From an uncultured Gammaproteobacteria bacterium (GTDB taxonomy: Bacteria; Patescibacteriota; Microgenomatia; JAMCZE01): DNA of 64,000 bases. The translations under genes and the position numbers were made by a program. The notes under the pieces were generated by a model, which did no database searches, had not been told where the DNA came from, and saw only the letters and a list, made by a program, of their open reading frames with translations. Positions 28,467 to 36,894 of the stretch are shown one piece after another. Within the stretch, counting starts at the first letter, position 1; every line of letters begins with the position of its first letter. The stretch spans positions 378,259-442,258 of the forward strand of contig CAZNUP010000001.1 of assembly GCA_964576435.1 (NCBI GenBank). The letters are read 5' to 3'.

Positions 28467-29486
28467 TCAAAGTTCACATTTAATTCGAGTTTCTGCTTCA
28501 CATGTGTCTTTTCCATTTCCTCCGTTAGCTTTGTCAGTTCCTGTTTCCCCAAATAACTTGTCATCACCGTTTCCGCCGTCAATGATGTCGTTTCCCCCGC
28601 CGGCATGAACTTCATCCCTGTCATTACCAACGTCAATTGTGTCAACTCCTGATCCTGAAACTATTAGATCATTTCCATTTCCACCAATAATGTTGTTGTT
28701 CCCGTCCCCTGCAGAGATATTGTCATCCTCATTTCCCCCATCGATTGTGTCGTTGCCACTTTCTGCCGTGATAACATCTTTCCCATTTCCCCCATCAAGT
28801 TTGTTATTTCCCATTCCCCCAACGATACAGTCATCATTATTTCCTCCATCAATTGTGTCGTTTCCTTCAAGACCAATTATCAAGTCTTTTTTATTTGTTC
28901 CATTAAGTTTGTCATTACCTGAGGTGCCCATTATTGTTGAAGTGTATTGGCTGATATCCCCACAAGCTGCGGGTAGAGAAAACGCGACACCGATTTGTAA
29001 ATCAAAAACTATTTTTGTGTTTTGAAATTCATTTCCAGCATTTGGATCAAAATCTAATTTAAATGTATATTGTTTAGTGGCTCCTGAATTTAAATTGCCT
29101 AAGGCCATTCCGTCTGGTCCATTGCTTTCACTAAAAAATTGACTAAGTGTTTTCGGGCCATAAACCGTAGTAGCTCCTTGTGTGATTGTTATTTCTAAAA
29201 CTCCAGACAAACTAGCTGTTTCGGAAGTTAAAAGACCCCGAACTGCGATGGGTTTAAGGTCTGGTGATGAATTTGTGACATTAACATTCCTATTTTCCGA
29301 TTGTCCCGGTGCAGCATTAGCTATATTAAATAGTGGTGTTCCAGGTGGAACTCCCCAGTCAACTGTTAGGTCCCCAACAGCGTAAGCGGTAGGGGATTTG
29401 AAAATATTCATAACTCCCCCACTAGCCCAAACTAATATTGCTATTACTCCTAAAACAATTCCAATTCTGATAAATCTTTTTGTCAT
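28467..29486 (-). CDS. TasA/camelysin-like domain fused to RTX (GGxGxD) Ca-binding repeats
   Basis: FNIANAAPGQ...VTN and NAGNEFQN..FDL resemble the 30730 protein; many tandem GGNGND-type nonapeptides. Confidence 0.78.
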   Translation of the reverse strand: MTKRFIRIGIVLGVIAILVWASGGVMNIFKSPTAYAVGDLTVDWGVPPGTPLFNIANAAPGQSENRNVNVTNSSPDLKPIAVRGLLTSETASLSGVLEITITQGATTVYGPKTLSQFFSESNGPDGMALGNLNSGATKQYTFKLDFDPNAGNEFQNTKIVFDLQIGVAFSLPAACGDISQYTSTIMGTSGNDKLNGTNKKDLIIGLEGNDTIDGGNNDDCIVGGMGNNKLDGGNGKDVITAESGNDTIDGGNEDDNISAGDGNNNIIGGNGNDLIVSGSGVDTIDVGNDRDEVHAGGGNDIIDGGNGDDKLFGETGTDKANGGNGKDTCEAETRIKCEL

Positions 29487-29490
29487 ATAT

Positions 29491-30126
29491 TTAGCATGAA
29501 CCATTATTTGTTAACCCTTTTGTTGACGTGTTGCAGTTTTTGAATGAACCGGTACCATCGATATTTCGACCTATTGAAACATTTGCACTGCTTGAGGCGT
29601 AAGTTTGCGCGCTGACTGTAGCTCCTAAATTATTTTCTAAATTTAATCCATCTCCGGCATTGTTAAGCCAACCCGCGCTATGGTTAAAAGCAAGTATTTG
29701 ACCTGGTGTAATTGTCCCAGTTAGCGCTAAGTCATCAGCTCTAGTGTTATTTGCGTCAAAAATCCCCCAGCCTGTCAAATTTATTGAGGTGTTACCAATG
29801 TTAATTATTTCTACCCATTCATCTCCAATGCTCGGTTGAGTCATAAACTCATTAATTTGCAGATTAGTGATTGGTGCGGGAGTTGGGATTGGGGATATTG
29901 TCGGCGTGGGGGTCAATGACGGTGTTGCAGTTGGAGTAGTGGCTTCAATTGGTGTTACAGTTGGTGTAATTTCTTGTGGTGGAGTTTGCGGAAAAAGGCT
30001 AGCTGCAGTAAACAAATTTCCGCTATTAGAATTAGTGCTGGAAAATAATGCATATGTGACACGATAAGATATTAATGTCAAAAACACTAAAATCATTCCT
30101 ATTAATAAAAAGTGTTGTTGTTTCAT
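29491..30126 (-). CDS. SipW-signal protein with Pro/Thr linker and lamin-tail domain
   Basis: TYA|LFSSTNSNSGNLFTA; INEF...EWVEI.N...LTGW...LNNAGD lamin-tail motifs. Confidence 0.8.
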   Translation of the reverse strand: MKQQHFLLIGMILVFLTLISYRVTYALFSSTNSNSGNLFTAASLFPQTPPQEITPTVTPIEATTPTATPSLTPTPTISPIPTPAPITNLQINEFMTQPSIGDEWVEIINIGNTSINLTGWGIFDANNTRADDLALTGTITPGQILAFNHSAGWLNNAGDGLNLENNLGATVSAQTYASSSANVSIGRNIDGTGSFKNCNTSTKGLTNNGSC

Positions 30127-30671
30127 GGTGTAGCTGCAATCTCATTTCTAACTTTTTTCTCAATTTGGACTTCCATCTCCTTTTTAATATTCCAAATTTC
30201 AAAGCCCATGAAAATAAAAGCTGGAATGGCGATCGCAATAATAAATCCTGTTGGAGTTTTTAAATTTTGAGACAAATTTCCAATATAAGGTATAGTCGCA
30301 ATCCACTTACCCTTTATGGAACTGCTATTCACTGGATCCAAGTCAGCTGCATTATTAGCGTCTCCTTTTGTTTTAAAACTCACGATATCGTTTGTCATAA
30401 TGGTCTGGTTAATTCTGTGAGCGATTGTCCTTTTGTTTATGTCTTCAAAAACAACTAAGTCGTTTAATTCATAGTTTTTTTGAGGGCTAGTAAAAATTAC
30501 AGACCCAACAGGTACAGAAGGCTCCATGCTTCCCGAGGCTATTGCAAAGCTCCGAATGCCACCTAGCACATTAGAATTTGAAGTGATAACGGTTGCCCCG
30601 ACCAAAATAAGGATCAAAGCCAATGTTGATTTAAGAAAGATTCCTAAGCCAGTTAGTATTTTTTTGTTCAT
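30123..30671 (-). CDS. sipW: Signal peptidase I, SipW/archaeal (Ser-His) type
   Basis: SGSMEP, IAHRI, TKGDANNAAD and IPYIG motifs. Confidence 0.9.
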   Translation of the reverse strand: MNKKILTGLGIFLKSTLALILILVGATVITSNSNVLGGIRSFAIASGSMEPSVPVGSVIFTSPQKNYELNDLVVFEDINKRTIAHRINQTIMTNDIVSFKTKGDANNAADLDPVNSSSIKGKWIATIPYIGNLSQNLKTPTGFIIAIAIPAFIFMGFEIWNIKKEMEVQIEKKVRNEIAATP

Positions 30672-30704
30672 CTAATTTCAAATATATAATCGTATGTTCC
30701 CGGG

Positions 30705-30724
30705 TGGCGGGGCCATCCCCGCCA
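30705..30724 (-). other. GC-rich hairpin 3' of the TasA-like gene
   Basis: Perfect 8-bp stem TGGCGGGG-ATGG-CCCCGCCA with no U-tract. Confidence 0.65.
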
Positions 30725-30729
30725 AAGTT

Positions 30730-31281
30730 TTACTGTGACGCGGTGAAAGCCATATTGAATGCTACACTTTGTCCTTGAAACGAATCGTCAGTTGTTGGAT
30801 CAAAAGTTAGTTGAGCTGCTAAGTTGTATGAACCTCCTGCGGGTAATGTTGCTCCTGAAAGAACAAAATTAGCCCAAGTTGGGTCGTCCAATGCTCCACT
30901 GCCTAGTGATGTGTCGCCTGCGTCAAAAACGCCATTGTCATTTGCGTCTTTAAAGAGCATTAGATTGAGTTTTGCTGCCAATCCAGGGTTTGCACCCCCA
31001 ATGGCAATCGAACCCACCTTAACAAAATTTGCATCAACAGTTCCTGTATTTTGCAAAGTCAGTTTTTGGGAAAAGACATCGCCAGGTGCTGCTGATGGAA
31101 TGGTAAATACGCCAGTTGATGGGGAGACCTGAGTGTTTATTCTCAAGACCATATTACCGGCTCCAAAAGTATTTCCAGTGTTGGTATTAGTTGAACTAAA
31201 TGCTGCAAAAGCACTACCTCCAAGCATGGCTAAGCAAGCCACGATTGAAACTGCACTAATTGCTATTTTTCGATTTAACAT
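30730..31281 (-). CDS. TasA/CalY (camelysin)-family fibre subunit
   Basis: SipW-type signal AFA|AFSSTNTNTGNTFGAG; APGD...L.NTGT; FQG..V.F..FTASQ end; adjacent to sipW; strong SD AAGGAGGTGA. Confidence 0.85.
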   Translation of the reverse strand: MLNRKIAISAVSIVACLAMLGGSAFAAFSSTNTNTGNTFGAGNMVLRINTQVSPSTGVFTIPSAAPGDVFSQKLTLQNTGTVDANFVKVGSIAIGGANPGLAAKLNLMLFKDANDNGVFDAGDTSLGSGALDDPTWANFVLSGATLPAGGSYNLAAQLTFDPTTDDSFQGQSVAFNMAFTASQ

Positions 31282-31305
31282 AAATTTTTCTCACCTCCTT
31301 CACAC

Positions 31306-31342
31306 AAAAAACCAGCTATCTGGGCAGATAAAGCTGGTTTTT
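31306..31342 (-). terminator. Leader terminator upstream of the TasA-like gene, with a CUGCCCA apex
   Basis: AAAAACCAGCT-TTATCT-GCCC-AGATA-GCTGGTTTTTT lies between the promoter region and the SD. Confidence 0.75.
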
Positions 31343-31375
31343 CATTAGATTTTATTAATTTTTTAAAATTGAATT

Positions 31376-31441
31376 GGCAAACTTTCATTTGGGCAGAATT
31401 TCCAAATAAACTTTTTGTGTTTGCCTCCGATGGCGGTCAGC
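31376..31441 (-). promoter_or_regulatory. Leader element: CCG-N4-CGG hairpin with a competing GGCAAAC/GUUUGCC stem
   Basis: GCT-GA-CCG-CCAT-CGG-A-GGC (31441-31423) has the same architecture as 22959-22977; TTGACA upstream. Confidence 0.65.
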
Positions 31442-31576
31442 AAGAATAACCATATCAAGACCAAGTCCATGACTGTCAACAAGACAAATTACATCGAAAC
31501 TATGTCATGGTTTTTTGCCATTTTCACTGAATAAAAATCAATTTTTGAAGCGGGAAAAATATGCTAGAATAAATTA

Positions 31577-32512
31577 ATGAAACCTCACGAACATCTTCTT
31601 CACATCTTTACTCCAAGGCATACTAATAACCACAGAGCCAAGATTCTTCATTTTTCTGGATTAACTTTCTGCATAGCACTTTTGCTAGTTTTTCAATTAG
31701 CTTTAACCTTTGTTCACGCAGTTGATCCCGAGGTTTTAGGATATGCATCTAATATCAATGTCTCAGATCTTTTAAGTCAAACAAATTCGAGACGCGCACA
31801 AGCAGGTGTTGGTGCACTAGCTTTAAATGATCAATTAACAAACGCCGCTTCAGGTAAAGGTGCTGATATGTTTCAAAACCAATATTGGGCGCATGTATCC
31901 CCATCTGGAAAAGAACCATGGGCTTTCATAACTGGAGCTGGTTATAACTACGTTTTCGCTGGTGAAAATTTAGCAAGAGATTTCGGGGATTCTAAAGGTG
32001 TTGTTGATGCTTGGATGAATTCACCTTCACATAAAGAAAATCTTTTGAACGAAAGGTTTAAAGATGTCGGTTTTGCCATTGTTAATGGTAAATATGGAGA
32101 TTCTGAAACAACGCTTGTAGTACAAATGTTTGGTTCAAAGGCGAGTGATGCTCCATCAATTTCTGAAGTAGCAGCTGTTAATACTCCAATCCCATCAGAA
32201 ACTCCAACATTAACACCGACCACAACCATAACCCCTGTCGCTCCAGTAAATCCTGCCAACGGACAACCTCCAACGGGGGTAGTTCTTAGGACAGAGACTC
32301 AGATTACCAATCCAAAATTTGATATCTTATCTCTCTCAAAAACTCTAGCCTTTGGAATAACAATGTTACTTCTAGCAGCATTAGTTATTGACGCAGTTCT
32401 AATCTACAAAAGAAAAACTGTCCGTATTTCTGGTCACAACATTGCTCACATGTTGATTTTAATTACAGTGCTAGTTGCAGTAACCTTAATTGGAAGGGGG
32501 ATAATTATTTAA
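31577..32512 (+). CDS. CAP/SCP domain membrane protein
   Basis: TNSRR, YWAHVSP, AGENLA and AWMNSPSHKENLL motifs; TMs at both ends. Confidence 0.9.
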   Translation: MKPHEHLLHIFTPRHTNNHRAKILHFSGLTFCIALLLVFQLALTFVHAVDPEVLGYASNINVSDLLSQTNSRRAQAGVGALALNDQLTNAASGKGADMFQNQYWAHVSPSGKEPWAFITGAGYNYVFAGENLARDFGDSKGVVDAWMNSPSHKENLLNERFKDVGFAIVNGKYGDSETTLVVQMFGSKASDAPSISEVAAVNTPIPSETPTLTPTTTITPVAPVNPANGQPPTGVVLRTETQITNPKFDILSLSKTLAFGITMLLLAALVIDAVLIYKRKTVRISGHNIAHMLILITVLVAVTLIGRGIII

Positions 32513-32778
32513 TGAATACCAATCACACAGTTCGTCACGGTTTTGATTTCTTCCTTCTGGTTTTAATTTTATGTTTAGGTTTAGGAGGACTACTCTATTT
32601 TAATTTCAACAAAGCTGCACAGATAAGTATTGTAATTATTATGTCTGCTATGTACATCTTTTGGGGAATTTATCACCACCATCATGATGGAAATCTGACA
32701 TTTAAAACACTATTTGAGTATATTGGAATTGCTTCTTTAGTTGCAGCAGTGCTAATTGTAATGGTTACAAGGATTTAA
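32512..32778 (+). CDS. Small 3-TM membrane protein
   Basis: Three hydrophobic helices and WGIYHHHHDG; coupled to the upstream stop. Confidence 0.7.
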   Translation: MNTNHTVRHGFDFFLLVLILCLGLGGLLYFNFNKAAQISIVIIMSAMYIFWGIYHHHHDGNLTFKTLFEYIGIASLVAAVLIVMVTRI

Positions 32779-33401
32779 TTTTCTTTTCTCCACTCATCAA
32801 TTTTCCCGTGGTTTCCAGATAAAAGTATTTCTGGAACTTTCCACCCATTAAATTCTTCTGGCCTAGTATATTGTGGGTGCTCTAGTGAAGTTTCTGACTC
32901 TGAAAAAGATTCAAACTTAACTGCGTCGGGTTTTTCCAAGACACCTGGGATAAGTCTGGTAACAGCATCAACTATTGCCATTGACGGAATCTCTCCACCT
33001 GTTAAGACGAAATCACCCATGCTAATTGACTCATTGACCAGGTGTTCTCGGACTCTTTCATCAACGCCTTCATATCTTCCGCAAATTATTGTAAGTTGAT
33101 CTAGTTTTGCAAACTCCCTGGCCTTGGCTTGGGTAAATCTTGTACCTCTTGGGTCCATAAGTATTACCTTGGAGCTTTTAATTTTTTGCAAAGCTTTAAA
33201 AACAGGTTCGACCATAAGGACCATTCCGACGCCACCACCGTATGGTCTATCGTCAACAGTTCCTCGTTCATCGGAAGCAAAATCCCGGAGGTCATGGTAA
33301 TTGATTTTAACCAGGCTTTTATCCTGTGCTCTTTTTATGATGCTCTGGTCAAATGGTCCAGAAAACATATATGGAAAGAGAGTGACAATATCAAACGTCA
33401 T
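32775..33401 (-). CDS. trmD: tRNA (guanine-N1)-methyltransferase
   Basis: VDDRPYGGGVGMV, CGRYEGVDER, VLTGGE and LLSGNH motifs. Confidence 0.97.
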   Translation of the reverse strand: MTFDIVTLFPYMFSGPFDQSIIKRAQDKSLVKINYHDLRDFASDERGTVDDRPYGGGVGMVLMVEPVFKALQKIKSSKVILMDPRGTRFTQAKAREFAKLDQLTIICGRYEGVDERVREHLVNESISMGDFVLTGGEIPSMAIVDAVTRLIPGVLEKPDAVKFESFSESETSLEHPQYTRPEEFNGWKVPEILLSGNHGKIDEWRKEN

Positions 33402-33439
33402 AACTGTATTTTAGCCCTATTGCCTGATATACTCAAATT

Positions 33440-34195
33440 ATGACCAAGCCCAAAATAGTGATTGCCATGCCCACCTATAATGAGGCGGAAAGCATTGGGA
33501 AAATGCTGGATGTGCTAACTAAAGATATTTTTCCAAAAATCAAAGACCATGATGTCCAGGTTTTAGTAATTGATGGGCACTCTCCTGATGGAACCTGGAA
33601 AATAGTTGCCGAAAAAGCCAAAAAGAATAAATCAGTAGTTCTCCTAGATGAAGGTAAAAAAAGCGGCCTAGGTGCTGCTTATACTAATGGTTTTAACTAC
33701 GCCATAAAAACTCTTAAAGCTGATGCAATTATGGAAATGGATTCCGATTTCCAACATGATCCACAAGACATCCCAAGATTCATTGCAGAATTTGATAAAG
33801 GCCATGACTATATCTTGGGATCAAGGTATATCAAAGGTGGTTCAATTCCAAAAGAATGGGGATTAGATCGTAAATTCTTATCAGTTGTTGGTAACCTTGT
33901 TTATCAATTTGGTCTTTTGATGTTTGATATCCATGATTTTACAACTGGTTATCGCCTAGCAAGGGTAAAGGATTATTTAGATTCAATAAACTTTGAAAAA
34001 GTTTTTTCTAAATCTTTTGCCTATAAAACTCGTCTGCTTTATGAAATGAAAAAGAGAGGTGCCAAGATTGAAGAAATCCCAATTAAGTTTGGAGTAAGAG
34101 GTGCGGGAGATAGTAAGATGACTACAAATACATTAACTGAAAGCGTCAAAATTATCGCAGTGATTTGGGCAGATCGTCTAGGATTGTCAAAATGA
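33440..34195 (+). CDS. GT2 polyprenol-phosphate sugar synthase (DPM1-like)
   Basis: PTYNE, SPDGT, MDSDFQH and GSRY motifs. Confidence 0.9.
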   Translation: MTKPKIVIAMPTYNEAESIGKMLDVLTKDIFPKIKDHDVQVLVIDGHSPDGTWKIVAEKAKKNKSVVLLDEGKKSGLGAAYTNGFNYAIKTLKADAIMEMDSDFQHDPQDIPRFIAEFDKGHDYILGSRYIKGGSIPKEWGLDRKFLSVVGNLVYQFGLLMFDIHDFTTGYRLARVKDYLDSINFEKVFSKSFAYKTRLLYEMKKRGAKIEEIPIKFGVRGAGDSKMTTNTLTESVKIIAVIWADRLGLSK

Positions 34196-34938
34196 AAAAA
34201 CTTGTCATAGTTGCCCCTACTTTCAATGAAGAAGAAAACATCGAGGACTTCATCACAAACACCCTAGCTCAGCAAATAAGACTAAACAATGTGGATTTGG
34301 AACTTCTTATTTCAGATAGTATTTCCAATGACAAAACAAAAGAGATTGTTCAAAAAATGCAAAAAAAAGAAAAGAAACTCCACTTTTTAGAGTCTAAAAC
34401 TCCAGGTCCTGGAAAGTTGGGTGCCGGTCTAATTGAGGGTCTAGATTATGCGACTTCAAATCTTAAAGCAGATTACCTGATCACTATGGAGGCAGATTTA
34501 ACAAATGACGTCAATAAAATTCCTGAGATTGCAGATCTACTAAGTAAGTTTGAAGTGGTAATCTGTAGCAGATATATAAATGGTGGCCGTGTTGTTAATT
34601 GGTCGCTGTGGAGGAAGTTTTTAAGCTACTTTGCAAACTTAATTTTGCGAACTCTTTCCGGAGGCTCTAAATTGCATGAATTTACCAACCTTTACAGGGG
34701 CTTCCATAAAGATGTCTGGCAAAAGCTCCGTCCGGAGTTAATAGCTCAAACTGATTGGCTTTTTGTTCCGGCATTCGTTTTTGCAGTAATTCAGGGCAAG
34801 TTCAAAACGGTTGAGATTCCCTATACGTTTTATGATCGTTTTGGTGGCAGATCTAAGATGCAAACTCCCTCATATACAAAAAACTTGCTTATATTTGCGC
34901 TAAAATATAGACTAAACCGTCATGGAGCATTTTCTTAA
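34192..34938 (+). CDS. GT2 DPM1-like glycosyltransferase
   Basis: PTFNE, MEADL, SRY..GG and R..G.SKM motifs; ATGA overlap. Confidence 0.85.
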   Translation: MKKLVIVAPTFNEEENIEDFITNTLAQQIRLNNVDLELLISDSISNDKTKEIVQKMQKKEKKLHFLESKTPGPGKLGAGLIEGLDYATSNLKADYLITMEADLTNDVNKIPEIADLLSKFEVVICSRYINGGRVVNWSLWRKFLSYFANLILRTLSGGSKLHEFTNLYRGFHKDVWQKLRPELIAQTDWLFVPAFVFAVIQGKFKTVEIPYTFYDRFGGRSKMQTPSYTKNLLIFALKYRLNRHGAFS

Positions 34939-35422
34939 ATTCTTAGTAGTAGGTTCAATTGGATTTCTAATTAACACCACGGTGTTAATTTTTGGCGTTC
35001 GCAAGTTCAATCTTAAGCCATCAATTGCTGGTCCAATTGGTGCCGAACTTGCGATTATCTCCAACTTTATTTTGAATAATTTTTGGACCTTTTCAGATAA
35101 AACAATCACTTCCTGGTCAGTTCTCCCCCAAAAATTTATTGCCTTTAATATTCTTTCCCTAGGGTCTGCTGTAATTCAATTCATTTTCTTAAAAGCTGGA
35201 GAAATCATCTTTGGACTAGAAAAGTATAAAAAACCTGTTTTAACAGTTATTCCAGTCAAAAAGATACCAGTAGTTAACAGTATTGTCGAAGCGCTTTTAA
35301 AGATCAAAATATTCAATAAACTCTCTCAAAAAATGACTGTATATTTTGTTTTCTATATTGCTGGTGTTGGTGTTGGTTTAATTGTAAATTTCTTTATCTA
35401 TAGCCTAATAATTTGGAGATGA
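34922..35422 (+). CDS. GtrA-family flippase
   Basis: KFLVVG..G and NFILNNFWTF motifs. Confidence 0.85.
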   Translation: MEHFLKFLVVGSIGFLINTTVLIFGVRKFNLKPSIAGPIGAELAIISNFILNNFWTFSDKTITSWSVLPQKFIAFNILSLGSAVIQFIFLKAGEIIFGLEKYKKPVLTVIPVKKIPVVNSIVEALLKIKIFNKLSQKMTVYFVFYIAGVGVGLIVNFFIYSLIIWR

Positions 35423-36894
35423 AAAAAAAGTTAGTCCTTTTAACATTCGGGCTAATTATTGTTCTGGGATTCCTACTTCGCTTCTATAGATTAGAAGCTT
35501 ACTTAACTTTTCTCGGTGATCAAGGACGAGATCTTTTAGTGGTTAAAAGAATGATTGTCGATCATATACCAACTCTTTTAGGTCCAACGGCTTCAGTCGG
35601 TGGATTTTATGTAGGCCCAGCTTATTACTATTTTCTGGTGCCATTTATGTTTGTCTTTAGGCTAGATCCCTTTGGTTCTGCCTTTATGTCAGCAACAATT
35701 GGACTGGCAACATTGATTTTGACCTATTTCTTTGTAAAGGAGCTAACAAGTAGTAAGAAGATTTCACTATTGGCAGCATTTTTAACAACAATTGCTCCCA
35801 AGTTTGTAGGAATCTCGCGTTTTTCTTGGAACCCAAATCCAATGCCTCTATTTACAATTCTGACTCTCTATTTAACCCTCCTCGGCGCTAAAAGAAATAA
35901 ACTAATTTATACGCTCTTTGCTGGAGTCTCATTTGGAATCCTTCTCCAACTTCACTATATGTCTTTAGTTCTTGTTCCCGTACTGGCTGTAGCTGCTGTG
36001 CTACTATTTTGGAGAAAAAGATTGCTTCTCAATCTGGGAATGGCTGTGCTTGGTGTTTTAATTGGCCTAAGCCCATTCCTTCTTTACGAACTTCGCCATA
36101 GTTTTCCAAACTTGATTAGTGCTACAGAGTTTTTAACTAGGGGAACTACAGTAGCTCCAAAATCCTATAATCCTTTTGAGCTCTACAACAACACGGGAAG
36201 AATTCTTTTTGATACTCTCATTGGCTTCATGGGTGTAGTGCCTAATTTTTTCTTTTTGACTTCGCTTTTAGGATCAGCAATTTTAATTTTCAAAAAGAAG
36301 CTATCAAGATCCACAGTCATAATAGTTTTAAGTTATTTCCTCTTAGGAATCATAACGATGGGTCTTTATAGAGGACAAATTCTTGACCATTATTATGGCG
36401 TTCTTTTCCCACTAGCCATTTTAATGCTTGCTCTCACCGGCATGTTGCTTATTTCTTATGGCAAAGTAGGTAAAGTTATTGCCATAATCTATTTCGGAGC
36501 TTTCACAGTCTTTTCCTTAAAAAATGAATTTTATGTATTTCCAGCAAACAACTTGGTTCAACAAACTAGAGCAGTTTCTGAAATAGCCCTTGGTCTAACA
36601 AATCATGAACCATTCAATTTTGCATTGATTACTCCAGGAAATAGTGACCACGCCTATAGGTACTTCATGGAGACAAAAGGCATAAAACCTGAAGTTATTC
36701 AAAACGAAATTATTGACCCAAAAAGATTTTCAGTCACCAAGCAACTTATTGTCGTCTGTGAAGATCCAAAGTGTGAGCCTCTTGGTAATCCTCTTTGGGA
36801 AGTTGCTGGTTTTGGTAGAGCTGAGATCAAGGAAACGAGGAACGGTCCAGCTGGGATTAAAGTGTTTAAACTGGTACACTACGAGGGTGAATAA
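35419..36894 (+). CDS. GT-C (ArnT/PMT-like) membrane glycosyltransferase
   Basis: LRFYRL...GDQGRD, GPAYYY and SWNPN motifs; multi-TM. Confidence 0.8.
   Translation: MKKKLVLLTFGLIIVLGFLLRFYRLEAYLTFLGDQGRDLLVVKRMIVDHIPTLLGPTASVGGFYVGPAYYYFLVPFMFVFRLDPFGSAFMSATIGLATLILTYFFVKELTSSKKISLLAAFLTTIAPKFVGISRFSWNPNPMPLFTILTLYLTLLGAKRNKLIYTLFAGVSFGILLQLHYMSLVLVPVLAVAAVLLFWRKRLLLNLGMAVLGVLIGLSPFLLYELRHSFPNLISATEFLTRGTTVAPKSYNPFELYNNTGRILFDTLIGFMGVVPNFFFLTSLLGSAILIFKKKLSRSTVIIVLSYFLLGIITMGLYRGQILDHYYGVLFPLAILMLALTGMLLISYGKVGKVIAIIYFGAFTVFSLKNEFYVFPANNLVQQTRAVSEIALGLTNHEPFNFALITPGNSDHAYRYFMETKGIKPEVIQNEIIDPKRFSVTKQLIVVCEDPKCEPLGNPLWEVAGFGRAEIKETRNGPAGIKVFKLVHYEGE

Noticed and set aside
23206-29025. Long antisense ORFs (23206-23838, 23839-24333, 24621-25040, 27865-28608, 28639-29025)
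   Set aside because: Shadows of low-complexity Asn/Gly/Thr sense genes.
31376-31425. GGCAAAC resembling a c-di-GMP-I riboswitch start
   Set aside because: No GNRA-capped P1, no GGGxCGCAAAG junction and no tetraloop receptor; it simply pairs with GUUUGCC.
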